Source: Balanoglossus misakiensis (Eukaryota; Animalia; Hemichordata). From it: DNA of 64,000 bases. Positions 1-12,121 of the stretch are shown piece by piece. A model generated the notes under the pieces. It worked only from the letters and a program-made list of their open reading frames with translations, did not search any database and was not told the origin of the DNA. Both the position numbers and the translations under genes were made by a program. The DNA lies in the NCBI GenBank assembly GCA_040954595.2, contig CM082588.2:3908156-3972155 (forward strand). Reading direction: 5' to 3'. How positions within the stretch are numbered: position 1 is the stretch's first letter; every line of letters begins with the position of its first letter.

Positions 1-2115
1 TATGTTACAGGCAGATATTTGTTCAACTGTCTTCAGTAAATACGCAGTGATGGAAAAGGCTATCAACCGAGCCCCGTACAATCGATGGTTTTCCGCTCAT
101 TGCGAGTCGTCGCGAGACTTGGTTAATTACCGTAGCAACGGGATGCTAGCCAAGAAATACATGCCAAACCTACACCTTGCTACACCTTGGACCCACTTCA
201 AAGGAAGAAATGTTTTGATTTTTATGGCGAGTCGGAATTAGCCAGAGATTCAAAAGACGCAGCCCTACATCTGGCCAAATTCTTCCCCAGGCTGCGCAGC
301 GATTTCCAATAACGCTTGTGCTAAATGACGTGACTTCGCACTTCCAAAGTTGTTCCGAAGAAAATTGCATTCAGTCAATTTATTTCCGATTGAAGTACGC
401 TGTCACGATAGCTTAAATCAAGGCTAACCGATCCATTTTACCTGGTTGCCCGGCAACGGATAATTGTATTCCGAGAAAGACATACAGGCCCTTAATGTAG
501 AATAGGTATATTAAAGGCAACATTATTATTTGGTGTGTATTTAAAACTAATATCTAATATTATTAGTATGAACGACTCGATATTTTAGACGCAATTCTAG
601 GACAATCGAATTTTCCTCGCTAAATATGCAAATTACACGTTTGTAATTAGCAGTGTTTTACATCGTTACGTAAAGCAGACTAAATGACCAGTGACAGTAG
701 CAGGGTCAAACCTTTATTCACACCTCTGTGAGGTCATCATCTGGTTGACCTCTGAACTGAAATTCTGCAAATCAAAGTTATGTAGCTGACAGCCCTCGCC
801 GTGCTTACGTGTACGTGTCTCTTTGAACGTTGCTTCTAAATAAAATCTATCCTCGCGATAGAGGCTGCAGTGAAACTTCTGGCCTATTTATTGATGACCT
901 TCATTCCAAAGTCACAAGACAAGACAATCTATTTACCAAGCACCAGGTAAGCGTCACAAGGCTGAACGCTGAAGGCGATTCTGGGGCCGGGACAATGGAC
1001 CTGTGTCCTCGTATCAACGCTATTCAGTATGACACTATAGTCACCCTGCGTCCCAAGTGACCTGCCGGCCAAAATCAATACCAGGGGACATTCATGGCGA
1101 TTGAATGAAGCATTCATAAACTCGCTGAAAAGAAAAGCAAATACCCGGATGAACCTTCGCGGATCAAGAATCCAAGTGGATGGCCTTGCTGCTGATATCC
1201 TTTTCGTGAAAGCGCCCCCACAAAGTATTGCTTTAACGTTTTCTTGAAACATGTGGATGGCGCTGTTGAACCACAAACTGGTGATTTCATCGCGGTTTTG
1301 TCCGGCCAAGCAAGTTGCTCAGGTTTCGCCAGTTTCTCCACTTCCCTCCAGTGACGTTGGATGTACGTCTATCATTTCTACTTGGCCTAAACACAGCTTT
1401 CCATACTGTGGGCGTCTATACACGTCGACCTTTCCATGTTTTCAACGTTAAGCCATAGTGATTTATAAGTACTTCAGTAATAGAGAAACACATGAAATTT
1501 TTATAACAGTTCTTCAGCAAATTTTAATGGCTTCCCCTTTTACTTGATGGCAAAAGAAAAAGTATTCTATAATGACGCCGACTGCACTATAATAAAAAAA
1601 ATCTGCTCGCTAGAAATATCCGACGGCCTTGTCTTTTCCAAGCTGTCATTTTTCACGATCTCTACATCTAATCCCTCGATTATATCTCGTACGCGAAGGG
1701 AATTATTTCTGGAGGGCCACTGAATAGTTATATGGGAGTAAAAGGACATTTATGTTGGTTAAGAGCTGCCTTTTGCAGTCCTGTGTCGTCGGGAGCAACA
1801 CAGCGCCTCCCCACGGCGGAGAAACGGCACCACCACTCATCCACTTTCCATTATGAATAAGCGACGTGAATGGGGCGCGTTGAATAAACGACTGGTTTCA
1901 GCTGCCCAAGGTGACAGTATGAGCCGAGTGACGAAATTGTTCTATCATGGCTGCCAGTGGCTGACGGGCTGCGCTGAGAGGCGTTCTTCATTCGCACGAA
2001 GTAACTGGCGGTAGACTTGGATTACACGCAGTGTCGGACAACCAACCGGCTACGTGATCACTCTTACGTGCTGTGAGATAACATTTATACTGTGTGCTTC
2101 TGATTCTGACCAAAA

Positions 2116-3612
2116 ATGATGCCAACAGTGTCGTTTTTGCCCGTCCTGATTGTCCTGACGGGCTCAAGTATAAGACTTTGTTCGGCCCAAGCTACGATTG
2201 TGGTTAATCCTCAAAGGACGGTTGTTCTACAAGGTAGGGAGGCATATCTCACTTGTGCCGTGCAAGGTCTTTCTATCCACGGCACCGTCTACTGGCAGAG
2301 TTTTCCGAGCGGACGGCTGATCACGACGGCGACGAACGTAAACTTCACCGACGAATTTGAGATACTGCAAAGCTCGACGACTTCTTACAAATCGTCCGAC
2401 CTGAAAATTTTGGCGGCCTCGTCAGAGGGCGATCACTTGTACGAATGCGTTGCCCAAGACGGCGCTCGCGTCGTTCGCTCTCTCAGGGCGGAGCTCGACG
2501 TGATCGTCCCGCAGAACTCGCCCTATCCGCAGTGCTTTCTCTCCCCGCGGCAGACGGTCGACGAGGGCGACTATGCCTACGCGGTGTGCGTCTCCGGCAT
2601 CCGCGACAATATTCTCTCGTGGAACAAAAACGGGCACCCGGTGCTGTCGACGTCGATCCCGAACGAGACTTACTCGGCCGCCGAGTACAATTTTCTGGTG
2701 ACGTACGAGGACAGGAACATGGAGCTAACATGCTACTCGTCGCTGAATAACAACACCTGTAAGATTCAACAGATCGTCCAGTACAAACCCAGGGTCACCA
2801 TCGAGCCCATCAACCCGCAGTACCCCCAAGAAGACACGGCCAGGTTCACCTGCGTGGTCGACGCCAACCCAGACATGGTCGCCTACAGGTGGGAATACGA
2901 CGGCACGGAAATCGACCCATCTTACTACCACCACCGCTTCAACCACTTCCAGTTCGAAGACGATGGCCGAATACTCCTCATACCGCGCCTGATTCGGGAG
3001 GACCACGGAGCAACGGTGATGTGCGAGGCCTTCAGCGTGCTGGGAAGCGGCAGCGCTATCACCACCCTCTACGTCAGGGTGAACACCTTGACGATGGAGA
3101 CGATCGGCCCGATTGTAGTCGGCTGCATCTGCGCCGTTCTGGTCGTCGTCTTGGTGACGTGGCTGCTGTGGTACTTCTGCTGCAGCTATGGAAGCGGCAG
3201 TCGCCGGCGGCGGCGGAGTCCACCGCCAGACGCCAGCACCGACCTACCGACCCTCCACCAATCGTCCGGCTACGGGCCAGACGACGAGCAACTCGTGAAC
3301 GACCGCCGCCGCCGGCACCACCGAAGTCTCGAGGCCTACGAGAACACGATGACCGAGATCGACGCCAACTCGACGCAGATGCAGCAGGTGAACGACAGCA
3401 GGACAACGACGACCGACGACAATCCATACTCGACGCCGCCGAGCCGACAAAAAAGTTTCAAAAATTTAGACCTGGACGATGACGACGTCGGGATACACAG
3501 TGGCAGTTATGACGTCAATCCTGACCCCGGCTCGGCGCGAGATTCCACCCAGATATCGACTTATGCTCTGTCGGATGGTGATCCACAGCTTCCGACACAG
3601 AACGGCAGATAA
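2116..3612 (+). CDS. Single-exon type-I membrane IgSF receptor #1 (signal peptide, 3 Ig domains, TM, Tyr-motif tail; nectin/CADM/Kirrel-like), 498 aa
   Basis: Uninterrupted ORF. Signal peptide MMPTVSFLPVLIVLTGSSIRLCSA. Ig cores LTC..VYW..YEC, AVC..LSW..LTC and FTC..YRW..VMC. TM IGPIVVGCICAVLVVVLVTWLLWYF, followed by CC and RRRRR. Tail motifs YENT, NPYSTP, YDVN. Confidence 0.9.
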   Translation: MMPTVSFLPVLIVLTGSSIRLCSAQATIVVNPQRTVVLQGREAYLTCAVQGLSIHGTVYWQSFPSGRLITTATNVNFTDEFEILQSSTTSYKSSDLKILAASSEGDHLYECVAQDGARVVRSLRAELDVIVPQNSPYPQCFLSPRQTVDEGDYAYAVCVSGIRDNILSWNKNGHPVLSTSIPNETYSAAEYNFLVTYEDRNMELTCYSSLNNNTCKIQQIVQYKPRVTIEPINPQYPQEDTARFTCVVDANPDMVAYRWEYDGTEIDPSYYHHRFNHFQFEDDGRILLIPRLIREDHGATVMCEAFSVLGSGSAITTLYVRVNTLTMETIGPIVVGCICAVLVVVLVTWLLWYFCCSYGSGSRRRRRSPPPDASTDLPTLHQSSGYGPDDEQLVNDRRRRHHRSLEAYENTMTEIDANSTQMQQVNDSRTTTTDDNPYSTPPSRQKSFKNLDLDDDDVGIHSGSYDVNPDPGSARDSTQISTYALSDGDPQLPTQNGR

Positions 3613-6600
3613 AGTTCACGTGACCTTTTTCATCTCTTACGATTGTTTGTTAAACTCTACTTCCAACTTGACTTTGTACTTCAAATATTTACACGTCCAC
3701 GTATGTATGCCATTGTCGCAAATTGTAAAGGATAGTGTGCACGACTAACCATTAGCCTCGCTGACCGCAAGTGTGACATCTCCATCACCATCTCCATCAC
3801 AACGACGCGATGAAAATGGGCGTTGATTACATCGAGATCAAAAATACAACAAGTTATAGCTGTGAAATCGTTGACCCGCCATCCGACCCCGAAAGTAACG
3901 CCACTCACCAAGCCAGAAACACATTCTGCCGACTTCTTTTTGGGAGGCCGTGTATCTAGCTACAGTAGGTATATTGTTGTGCCTACAATAGTACATACAG
4001 TGGCTCAGTTGAAAGAACGACAATAATGCAGCCATCTATATACGGGGCTACAGGGGAGATATTTATGGAACGAGGTTTACAAATCTTGTTTTGTTACGTG
4101 CTGTCTTGATCAGCAGTGTCATACAGTATATCATGATCGCACATGCTTCAGAATTTACCCTCGTCCGATGAACTTGTTTGTTTTGTGGATGAAAGCCATG
4201 ATATATGATCATACCTGCAGTGATGTATGTATTAAGGTCATTTGTGTTGCATCCCTTAGAAAACAACACAGCGAAAGTGAATGCAAAAACTACTACCAAT
4301 ATACAGGACAGCATTTCATTTTTTGGTGCTCACTGTAATTAGAAGTGGAACGACAAAAATGATGGTGTAGATTTGATGGCCAAATTTTCAACGATAATAT
4401 GAAAAAATATACAAAAAATATTTTTACATATCACAAGTGTCTATTTTTTAATAATCGCTTAAGGTTGGTTTGGTCTCGGTTTAATATGGCTATTCAGTAT
4501 GTATGTACAGTTCAAAGGTCACAGGTGTTGTTTGTCGTCCAGACATGCCAAGCAATCATGATATAGCCAGTTTCACTTATTAAACTATAACCATTCTCGA
4601 CGGATTCGACTCCGTGATGTACCTTTACGACACATTTTCGATTTTTTAACGAAGTTGAAAGTGAAGAGCCCACTTTCAGATGGTGGAGGGGGTTTATTGT
4701 TTGGGGTCGAGTTCAGGAATGCGGAGTACTCGTATGACACAAAGGTTGTTTTATGTGACCGCAGCTATACGCTTCCTTTGTGTTTGCGATTTCTAGCATT
4801 CCTTTGTCCAACCCCCAGCAACACACATAAACTAGTGACAGTGTGCAGAAGGAGTGGCAATAACGTTTCAGAAAGATCTAAACGCTTCAGAGCGATATCG
4901 AAGGGCCATTAGGCTATACAAAAAGTCCCCGATCAAAACATGTCTTATATGCTACACTATAAAGGATAATGACACAAGCACTTTAGAACGTTCACAAGTA
5001 TACAAGTAGGATTATAATAACCCAACGGGACATTGTCACTGTGCTAACGCCCTTTTACGGAAAGTTTGCAATTATTCGTGATTTTCTGATACGAAACTAA
5101 ATATCGCAATATATAACCACAATGGATTTTTTGTGTCTATTTGTTTGTTCATTTTTTAATATGGATATTGCAGAATCAAAGTAAATGCTCGACTATATAA
5201 AGTGAACTTTGGGGTCAAACTATCTAGTCTATATACAACAATGAACCCCCAAACAGCCCCAGCGACTAAGAATGTATACTTAAGGGTTTAGCCCACACCC
5301 TTTGGGTGGAGTTTCTTGAACCTCTTGACATGTGCGTCCTTGCAGACATTGTATGACGCCTGAAGATACTGTACATTTTATACGCTCTAATAAGAATGTT
5401 TTCGTTGACGTCATCGGGCCTTAAATTTGATTACTAGTATTCGTACGATAGACACGGGAATATTACGTGTAGAACAGGGAAAAGCTTTCGTAGCAAAAGG
5501 CGTCTAAGTACATGTATGCATAACACTAACCACTGTATTATTCTGCGTTTTTGCAGCCTGTACCAACATATAATGTTAATATTTGTTAGACCAATGATTT
5601 TTTCTATTTACAATTATTTCATTCCCACCGATTAACACACAAAGACATTCTACGTTTATTTGTGTTGTCCATCCTACAATACACAATCCTCAAAGTAATA
5701 AATTGACATTTTTCTTGAGGATGTATTCTCTCTATGCAATTAAATTAATTATTCCTCGGTACAAACGATATAAATTTTATACTTTCTTATCAGCTTATCC
5801 AATATATCTAAATAAATATTAATATTAAAAGCATTATTGGAGTATTTTATAGCAGTTATCAATTAAGGGGTTTACTGAGCATTTTTTTCACTGAAGAATG
5901 GTTAATTGTGGCTTGTACATTCACTGAAACGTTCATTCATACATGTATTCTCCAAGGCTTGAATTGCGCCGTTTATTTTTAGAAACCAGTAGAAGCGAAA
6001 TTGCTTGATGAAACACGAGTTCCTTTCTATCGATCCAGAATTGAATTAGCAGTCCAAACAAAATGGCTTCCTCACGGGGTGACCGGCGGAAAGAGAATGC
6101 GCAGTCTCAATGCATTTCATTTAAATCCGGATATGACGTGACGAGTATTGACTGCCTCTGTATTGCTTGCCACAGACAATCGTGTCCTTTTCAGGCAATA
6201 CTAAAATCCAACATTTAAAGGGAAGATGATTGAAAAAAAAGCTATAGATCTTATACATGAATCAGAAAGTCACATCTTACGTGAAAATATTATATTATAT
6301 ATTTGTATCGGAAGACTGCTATATGTATTGTGATTATTGTATGTAAGATGACTAAAATAAAATACTAGTATTTTCATATCGGAAAATTTGTCATTTGTGT
6401 AATCTTTCACTGCATCATTAGATGAAATTACAACACCACATCATTACAATACGTAGTGGGATCTAGAAAGTGTTATTTATAAGGGAATTTCCCCCGGGAG
6501 TTATTTAATTTTCTGATGCTGCGTTGTTATTTTGCTAATTTAAAATGTTTGTTCAGAACACAATAGATAGCCTTGTATGATAAACGTTCTTATTAAGGCT

Positions 6601-9600
6601 CGGTAATTAATCCTCGAACAAAAGAGACATTTTTCACCCAGTAGTGTGTTGTGATGCATGTGGGTTGTAATACTCAACCATCGAGAATATTTGCTGATAG
6701 AACCTGAGACAGGTCATTCTACAGAAAAGGTGGCTCGGCTGTTGGTCGAAGGTGCCACTCATGACACGCACGACCGAGAATCTCTTAAAAACACCGCGTG
6801 TTCTTTAACGAGACGTTGCAAGTAGAAACTTCGCTTACTTTCTATTTGATCAAGGGTGCGCCTGTCCCACTATGTGAGGGTACCTTCAACTTCAACCACG
6901 ATGAATTCCGCAAACGGGACACTTAGTCTCTCAGGTATCAAATGACGCCCACAAAATCTATCAATTTAGGCTTTTATGTCCCATGCAAGGGACGACCACA
7001 TAATTGTGTTGCTGCACATAAAAATAACCTCGTAAAATCCCAATAATAACCGTTGTCAGATTTTATGTTGCTGCATGAACGCTTAGAGGGTGTACTTGAT
7101 TTTAAAGTCAATTAGCGCGACAAATTTTGGTTTCCTCAGTTTCGAGACGGGATGCTTTTTGTGGCCAAACTCGCGGTTTATAAACACCATTTTGTACGTG
7201 TATGCTTAACAACAGTGTATCTTCAATACAGATTCATGGGTGTCCATGAGTTACATGTAAAGGTGTCTAAGTGACATAAAAAACTCGAGTGTAATGACCT
7301 TCCTCTTTTGAGTGTGACCTTCAGTCTTTTGAAGCCCACGACCCTTTTCATTCGATTTGCTTTTGAGTCTTTTGGGAGTGTTATTTTCTAGTAGCTGTCG
7401 ACGATTGTCCTTTGGTTAGTATTGTTATCATTCTCCTGACTCAGCTGTTTGTTGTCAGTGACTGAACAGAGAAAACACGTTTACGCTTACTGTCTGTCTG
7501 CATTTCGTTAGCCAGAAACATATACGTGTACGCTTTGCTCTTTCATTAAACTCTAAACAAAATTAGAGAAGACCACAACACAAACGTCAAAACTGTGTCA
7601 TGTTCGATTTTCTTTCCATCCTGTTTGGGTCTGCGCAGTGGACATTCTCGCCAATAGAAAAACAGCACCACTGTGGCGCTCTTCATTTTCCTGTCCAGAC
7701 ACAAATGCCACACTCTCACCCCCAGACCCCCCGAACATGTTGAACCACTCCAAAAGACTCATACCTCTTCTGTAAAGTGCAGTGACCCAACTTGACAAAC
7801 AACTTATTCAGGAACAGGTCGGGAAAGTACGGGGGTGTAGCATTTGTCGTCTATTCAAAGGGCGACTGAATGAACACAATGATTGAAATTATTGTACTCT
7901 CGAAGAAACGACAGTCACGCAAGATGGCAAATGAGCTTGGCGCAAGTTGGCAAACACCCCATGCCTGAAATTCCTCCGGTCAACCCCCTCCCATAATAAC
8001 TAAACGTTCCTTTAAGTATGACCCAATCCGTCGACCGTACGTGCCAGAAGTAAAGTGGTTGATATTATACTGAATGCAACTGTTTACGTTTCATTAACTG
8101 GGCTGCACACTCCCCATTAGACATTTACTTTCATATCTTTGTTAAGTTAACCACTTCTGCGCCGCCATCAGCTAAATAGTTACTTAGCGGAAGGCACGTG
8201 GGAATCACCATGGACAGAAAGAACACAATATTTACCCTCTGTCCATTTAATTTGCATGCTGCTTTGCATAAGTTTCACCGCCTAAATTATGAAATACCAT
8301 TGTACACACTGTTAGAAATACATGTAGAAGAAAATGAATCATAACTGACAAGGAGGAGACGTCCTCACAGCCCACCCATAGTGTCGAATAAAACTCATGA
8401 GAGTTGTGGAGACTGGCATTTATCTAAGAAAAATTTGCTTTGTTTGATGGTATTTTCGGTCATTCGGGTTCAGTTGCTGGTCTGCTTCTATCGTACCGCC
8501 TGGGGATAATGTATTGAAGCGGGCCAGACTTAAAAGTTAACAATTACGTATGTTGTATGCGTGAACGATTTTCATCACGCCATCCCCAGTTGACTAAGAC
8601 AATCAGTGCTCAAACCACCCTCGTGGCTTTTCAAATCGTTCAACAGATTATAAAAGAACACAGGCATTCCATTCCTTTCATGTCATTTCATTTCATCCAC
8701 TAAAAGGTCGCCTGAGAGCAGACAAGAATTTTTCTAAATGTCGGGTTGTCCATTAGTGTGAATAGACGCAATGAAGTTAGCCTTAATAGCCAAGCGTTTG
8801 TTAAAATATTGGCTTCTGTTGCTTGATTTTCCTTAGTCACAAAAGCAATTGATTTACAAGTGACTTTACAAAGAGATACTTCTGGCGGTATTTGGACTCG
8901 TGTTTGGCTTGCTGTCTGCCTCCTGCTATTAGAACAGTCAACAGAAGTACACTGGTTTAAGGAGATATTTTCAAAGAGGCGTATAACCCAAGCCAGGTGT
9001 AGCAAACCTCCAGGTCATAGTTTATGATCATGTATGACTTATTAAATAATCGCTCGTCTTATGCTCAACAGTATGGCTCTTAAAATATGAAATTTTAATG
9101 ATTTATAGCGCCCTCGGATGGTGGGTACTAATTTTTGACCTCATTTGACCTCAAATGTTCCCCTCTACGGATACGTGACGTTATCTAATCTCGCTGATTG
9201 CATGTTCAGGTGAAAAAATGAGCCGAATAAGCCTTGTTAGCATATATCCGTTCAGATACATATTAGTTCCGTGTGACTGATAGTTCATAAACATATTGAA
9301 TCCCGTCTTTATTAATTGCCAGTTTGGATTGCCAAGCATTAAATCGTCCAATAAATTCGGATTTATTCGAATCATAAACATATTTGAAGTTTTATTCCGG
9401 GCGCTCAGTAACGATAATTCAACTTCTGTTATTCATAAAATGCGTGTGAATATATCACATGGCACCCAATTTATTGACGGTTTATTAAACGTGGCGATAT
9501 CAAAGGTTTGTTCCTCGGTTCCGCAAACCGCGTTTTTATTATGTTATACACAGAAGCCATTATTTTGATCTCTTTGTTGCAGATGCCTCGTTTCGGTCGA

Positions 9601-10444
9601 CCCAGTCTAGTCTCAGAGGTACGATTAATCATGGTACCTTAGCTGCGAAGTCCGGCACCTTTTCACGTTGGGATTCCGAACGATCCTCTTAGTCAGCGAA
9701 GCAAGCACGATGGAGTTCGAATAGTTTTGAAAACACTTCTCGTTCTTGGATGTGATAGGTTTGTTTTTCAAATGACAAGTTTTCTTTGGAGGGTTTAGAC
9801 TTTGCTGACATCCAAATCGACTTCCATAATACACTTGATTGTATAGTTAATTGTATATTATGTAAGCGGAATTGCCGTCATTATACCATTTTTGGTATTT
9901 TGAGGATTTTTTGTGAAGGACCATTTTCGACATCAAAACAACATAAAATTACTCGAATGTCGGCATGAAAATAATTCACTGCGGCACGCCCTTCATTAAC
10001 ATACATTTCTATAGCATTTATTGCGTTGATGTCGAATTAAATGCCCTAAACTTTTTTGCAGGACATGCGGCGTGTTTGTGTGACCAGGTGATTTATTTCA
10101 CAGCCCCATCCATCATCCAGGGTGGGGTCAGACGTGATCACCAGGGAGAACCATGCATAATAATGAAAATCGTTGACCCAATCAACGCCCTTTGTGTACG
10201 GGCACCGAACGCTCTCCGCTATTGTGTCACTGGTGAACTTTTGTCTACGTATGTGCGTGTATTTGCGTGATGACGACACGCCCTTCGTTTATAGTCAGAG
10301 GCTAAAATGACTGTGCTCGTTGTCGGCTGCTGACGATTTGTACCGAATATCGCTTGAATCTGCAACAGGGAAATGTAACCGAGAGACAACGGACGAATAG
10401 AACGCATTCGTTGTATTTTTAAACAGGGCTGTACTGAAGGTTAA

Positions 10445-12121
10445 ATGGCGTCAACAACAGTTGCTTCAGGCATGTTTACTTTCACTTGGGTCACCGTCGT
10501 CGTTTCCATCATGGCCGCCTCCATGGCTCAAGTGGCAGCCGAGCCATTGTTCGTCGTGGCACCGACCCCGACAACGGCCGTCCGCGGCCAGACGGTCGTT
10601 TTGCGGTGCCAGGTGGAAAACTTGGGCAACCACATGCTGTACTGGTACGTGGATCTGGACGACAACACATCCGAGCACCCTGGCCCGTTTGCTGTTGGCC
10701 CGTTCACGAACCGGAACCCGTCTGTCTACGACCGCTATGATATCGTCGGCGACTCGACCATCGGTGAGTACAACTTTCGCATAACGGGATCCGTCATCGA
10801 AGACACCGGCAACTACTCCTGCCTGCTCACGAGGGGGTCGAATGCTCCGGTCTCCATGGAACGGAAAGCGACACTCGTGGTTATTCCACCACAACCACCT
10901 GTTAACGAAGGCCCCGTATGTGTAAACGATACGTCGGTTACTGGACTCGAGGGGGAAGAAGCGTCTATCTATTGCACTTCGGAAGGGGGCAACCCCCCAG
11001 CTGGACTGACGTGGAGGAGGAATGGTGCGCGGGTCAGGGGCAACTACACCACTCGAGTTGCTGCCAACGCCAGTTACAACTCCATCAACTCACACACGTG
11101 GACGTTGACACCCGATGACGACGGCACCACGTACACCTGCAAAGAAGCCCACCCCGCGCTGCCACCTGGACCGTCGAACCGTTCTTGTGATGTCGGTCCC
11201 TTCGTCGTTCGTCACAAGCCCGTTGTCGCCATCTCGCCGAGCGTATACGAAGCGGCCGTCGGGCAAAGCGTCACTTTCCGTTGCTCCGCCAAGGCAAACC
11301 CGGTCGTCGAGGACCCGTTTGTATGGACCTTCAACGACTCGGAAATAGTGTCTGACGACGTCGATTTTATGATCAGCAACGACACCCTACACATGCAGTT
11401 GACGGTTTTAAACGTCACCGAAGAAACTATAGGTGAACGGTTTTTCTGTCATGCCAGTAATCTCCTCGGGGACGGGAATGCGAGTGCCGTTCTCAGACTT
11501 GAGAGCGAAAAGGCCGCCCGACGCAAACCTGTGAACACAATGCTCATCATCATAATCATAGTGGTGGTTGCATTTGTGTGCGTGATAGGCGTTGCTGCTG
11601 GCATGCACTTCGCTTCTGGTGCTTCATGCGTCTCCGGTGGGCAACGCAATAAACAGCGAAAGCAAAAACAAGAAAAGAAGGAAGTTAAACAACGACAACA
11701 GAAACAAGACAAGAAGAAAGGGAACTCCAGGACCGACCATGATGACCTGGCCATCGACTTGGCTCAATTTGAAGGCGGTGCAAACCAGATGTCGAATTCG
11801 AACGAGTCGCCGACCGACGATATCGAGTCCCCACCGCCACCTCCTCTAGTGGCCAACGCCCCGCCTCCTTCCCATCCACCGGACGGCTTGGACAATCCCT
11901 CGTACGTGGACACAGAGAGGACAAACGGGACTGCAGAGCCCCAGATAGACGCCGACCCTGGGTATGCTGCCGTTCTTGGCAACGAAAAAGACTCGACGTC
12001 ACATCGGATGAAGATGGCGCGAAAGAAGAAGAGAGAAAGTCAAATGAAAGGAAAATTCCAGCATGTCGAAGGAGACTATCCCGATCGTCTGCCAGATGAT
12101 GAAAGTCAATGGATACTATAA
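10445..12121 (+). CDS. Single-exon type-I membrane IgSF receptor #2 (Kirrel/nephrin/CADM-like, 3 Ig domains), 558 aa
   Basis: Signal peptide. V-set domain LRC..LYW..DTGNYSC with RYDIVGD..GEYNFRI. C2 domain with the nephrin/Kirrel-type CTSEGGNPPAGLTWRRNG. Third domain FRCSAKANP..W..FFC. TM MLIIIIIVVVAFVCVIGVAAGM. K/Q-rich juxtamembrane segment, NPSY, C-terminal QWIL. Confidence 0.92.
   Translation: MASTTVASGMFTFTWVTVVVSIMAASMAQVAAEPLFVVAPTPTTAVRGQTVVLRCQVENLGNHMLYWYVDLDDNTSEHPGPFAVGPFTNRNPSVYDRYDIVGDSTIGEYNFRITGSVIEDTGNYSCLLTRGSNAPVSMERKATLVVIPPQPPVNEGPVCVNDTSVTGLEGEEASIYCTSEGGNPPAGLTWRRNGARVRGNYTTRVAANASYNSINSHTWTLTPDDDGTTYTCKEAHPALPPGPSNRSCDVGPFVVRHKPVVAISPSVYEAAVGQSVTFRCSAKANPVVEDPFVWTFNDSEIVSDDVDFMISNDTLHMQLTVLNVTEETIGERFFCHASNLLGDGNASAVLRLESEKAARRKPVNTMLIIIIIVVVAFVCVIGVAAGMHFASGASCVSGGQRNKQRKQKQEKKEVKQRQQKQDKKKGNSRTDHDDLAIDLAQFEGGANQMSNSNESPTDDIESPPPPPLVANAPPPSHPPDGLDNPSYVDTERTNGTAEPQIDADPGYAAVLGNEKDSTSHRMKMARKKKRESQMKGKFQHVEGDYPDRLPDDESQWIL

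Noticed and set aside
929-1309. 126-aa minus-strand ORF
   Set aside because: No recognisable motif or coding-like composition; more likely UTR or regulatory DNA.
4598-4616. ACGGA-TTCGAC-TCCGT hairpin resembling a tRNA T-arm or B-box
   Set aside because: No acceptor stem, D-arm or anticodon arm can be folded around it.
7855-9010. Possible MITE/SINE remnants (end-like sequences near 7985-8015 and 8705-8725)
   Set aside because: I could not find matching inverted termini or target-site duplications within the window; a repeat library search is needed.
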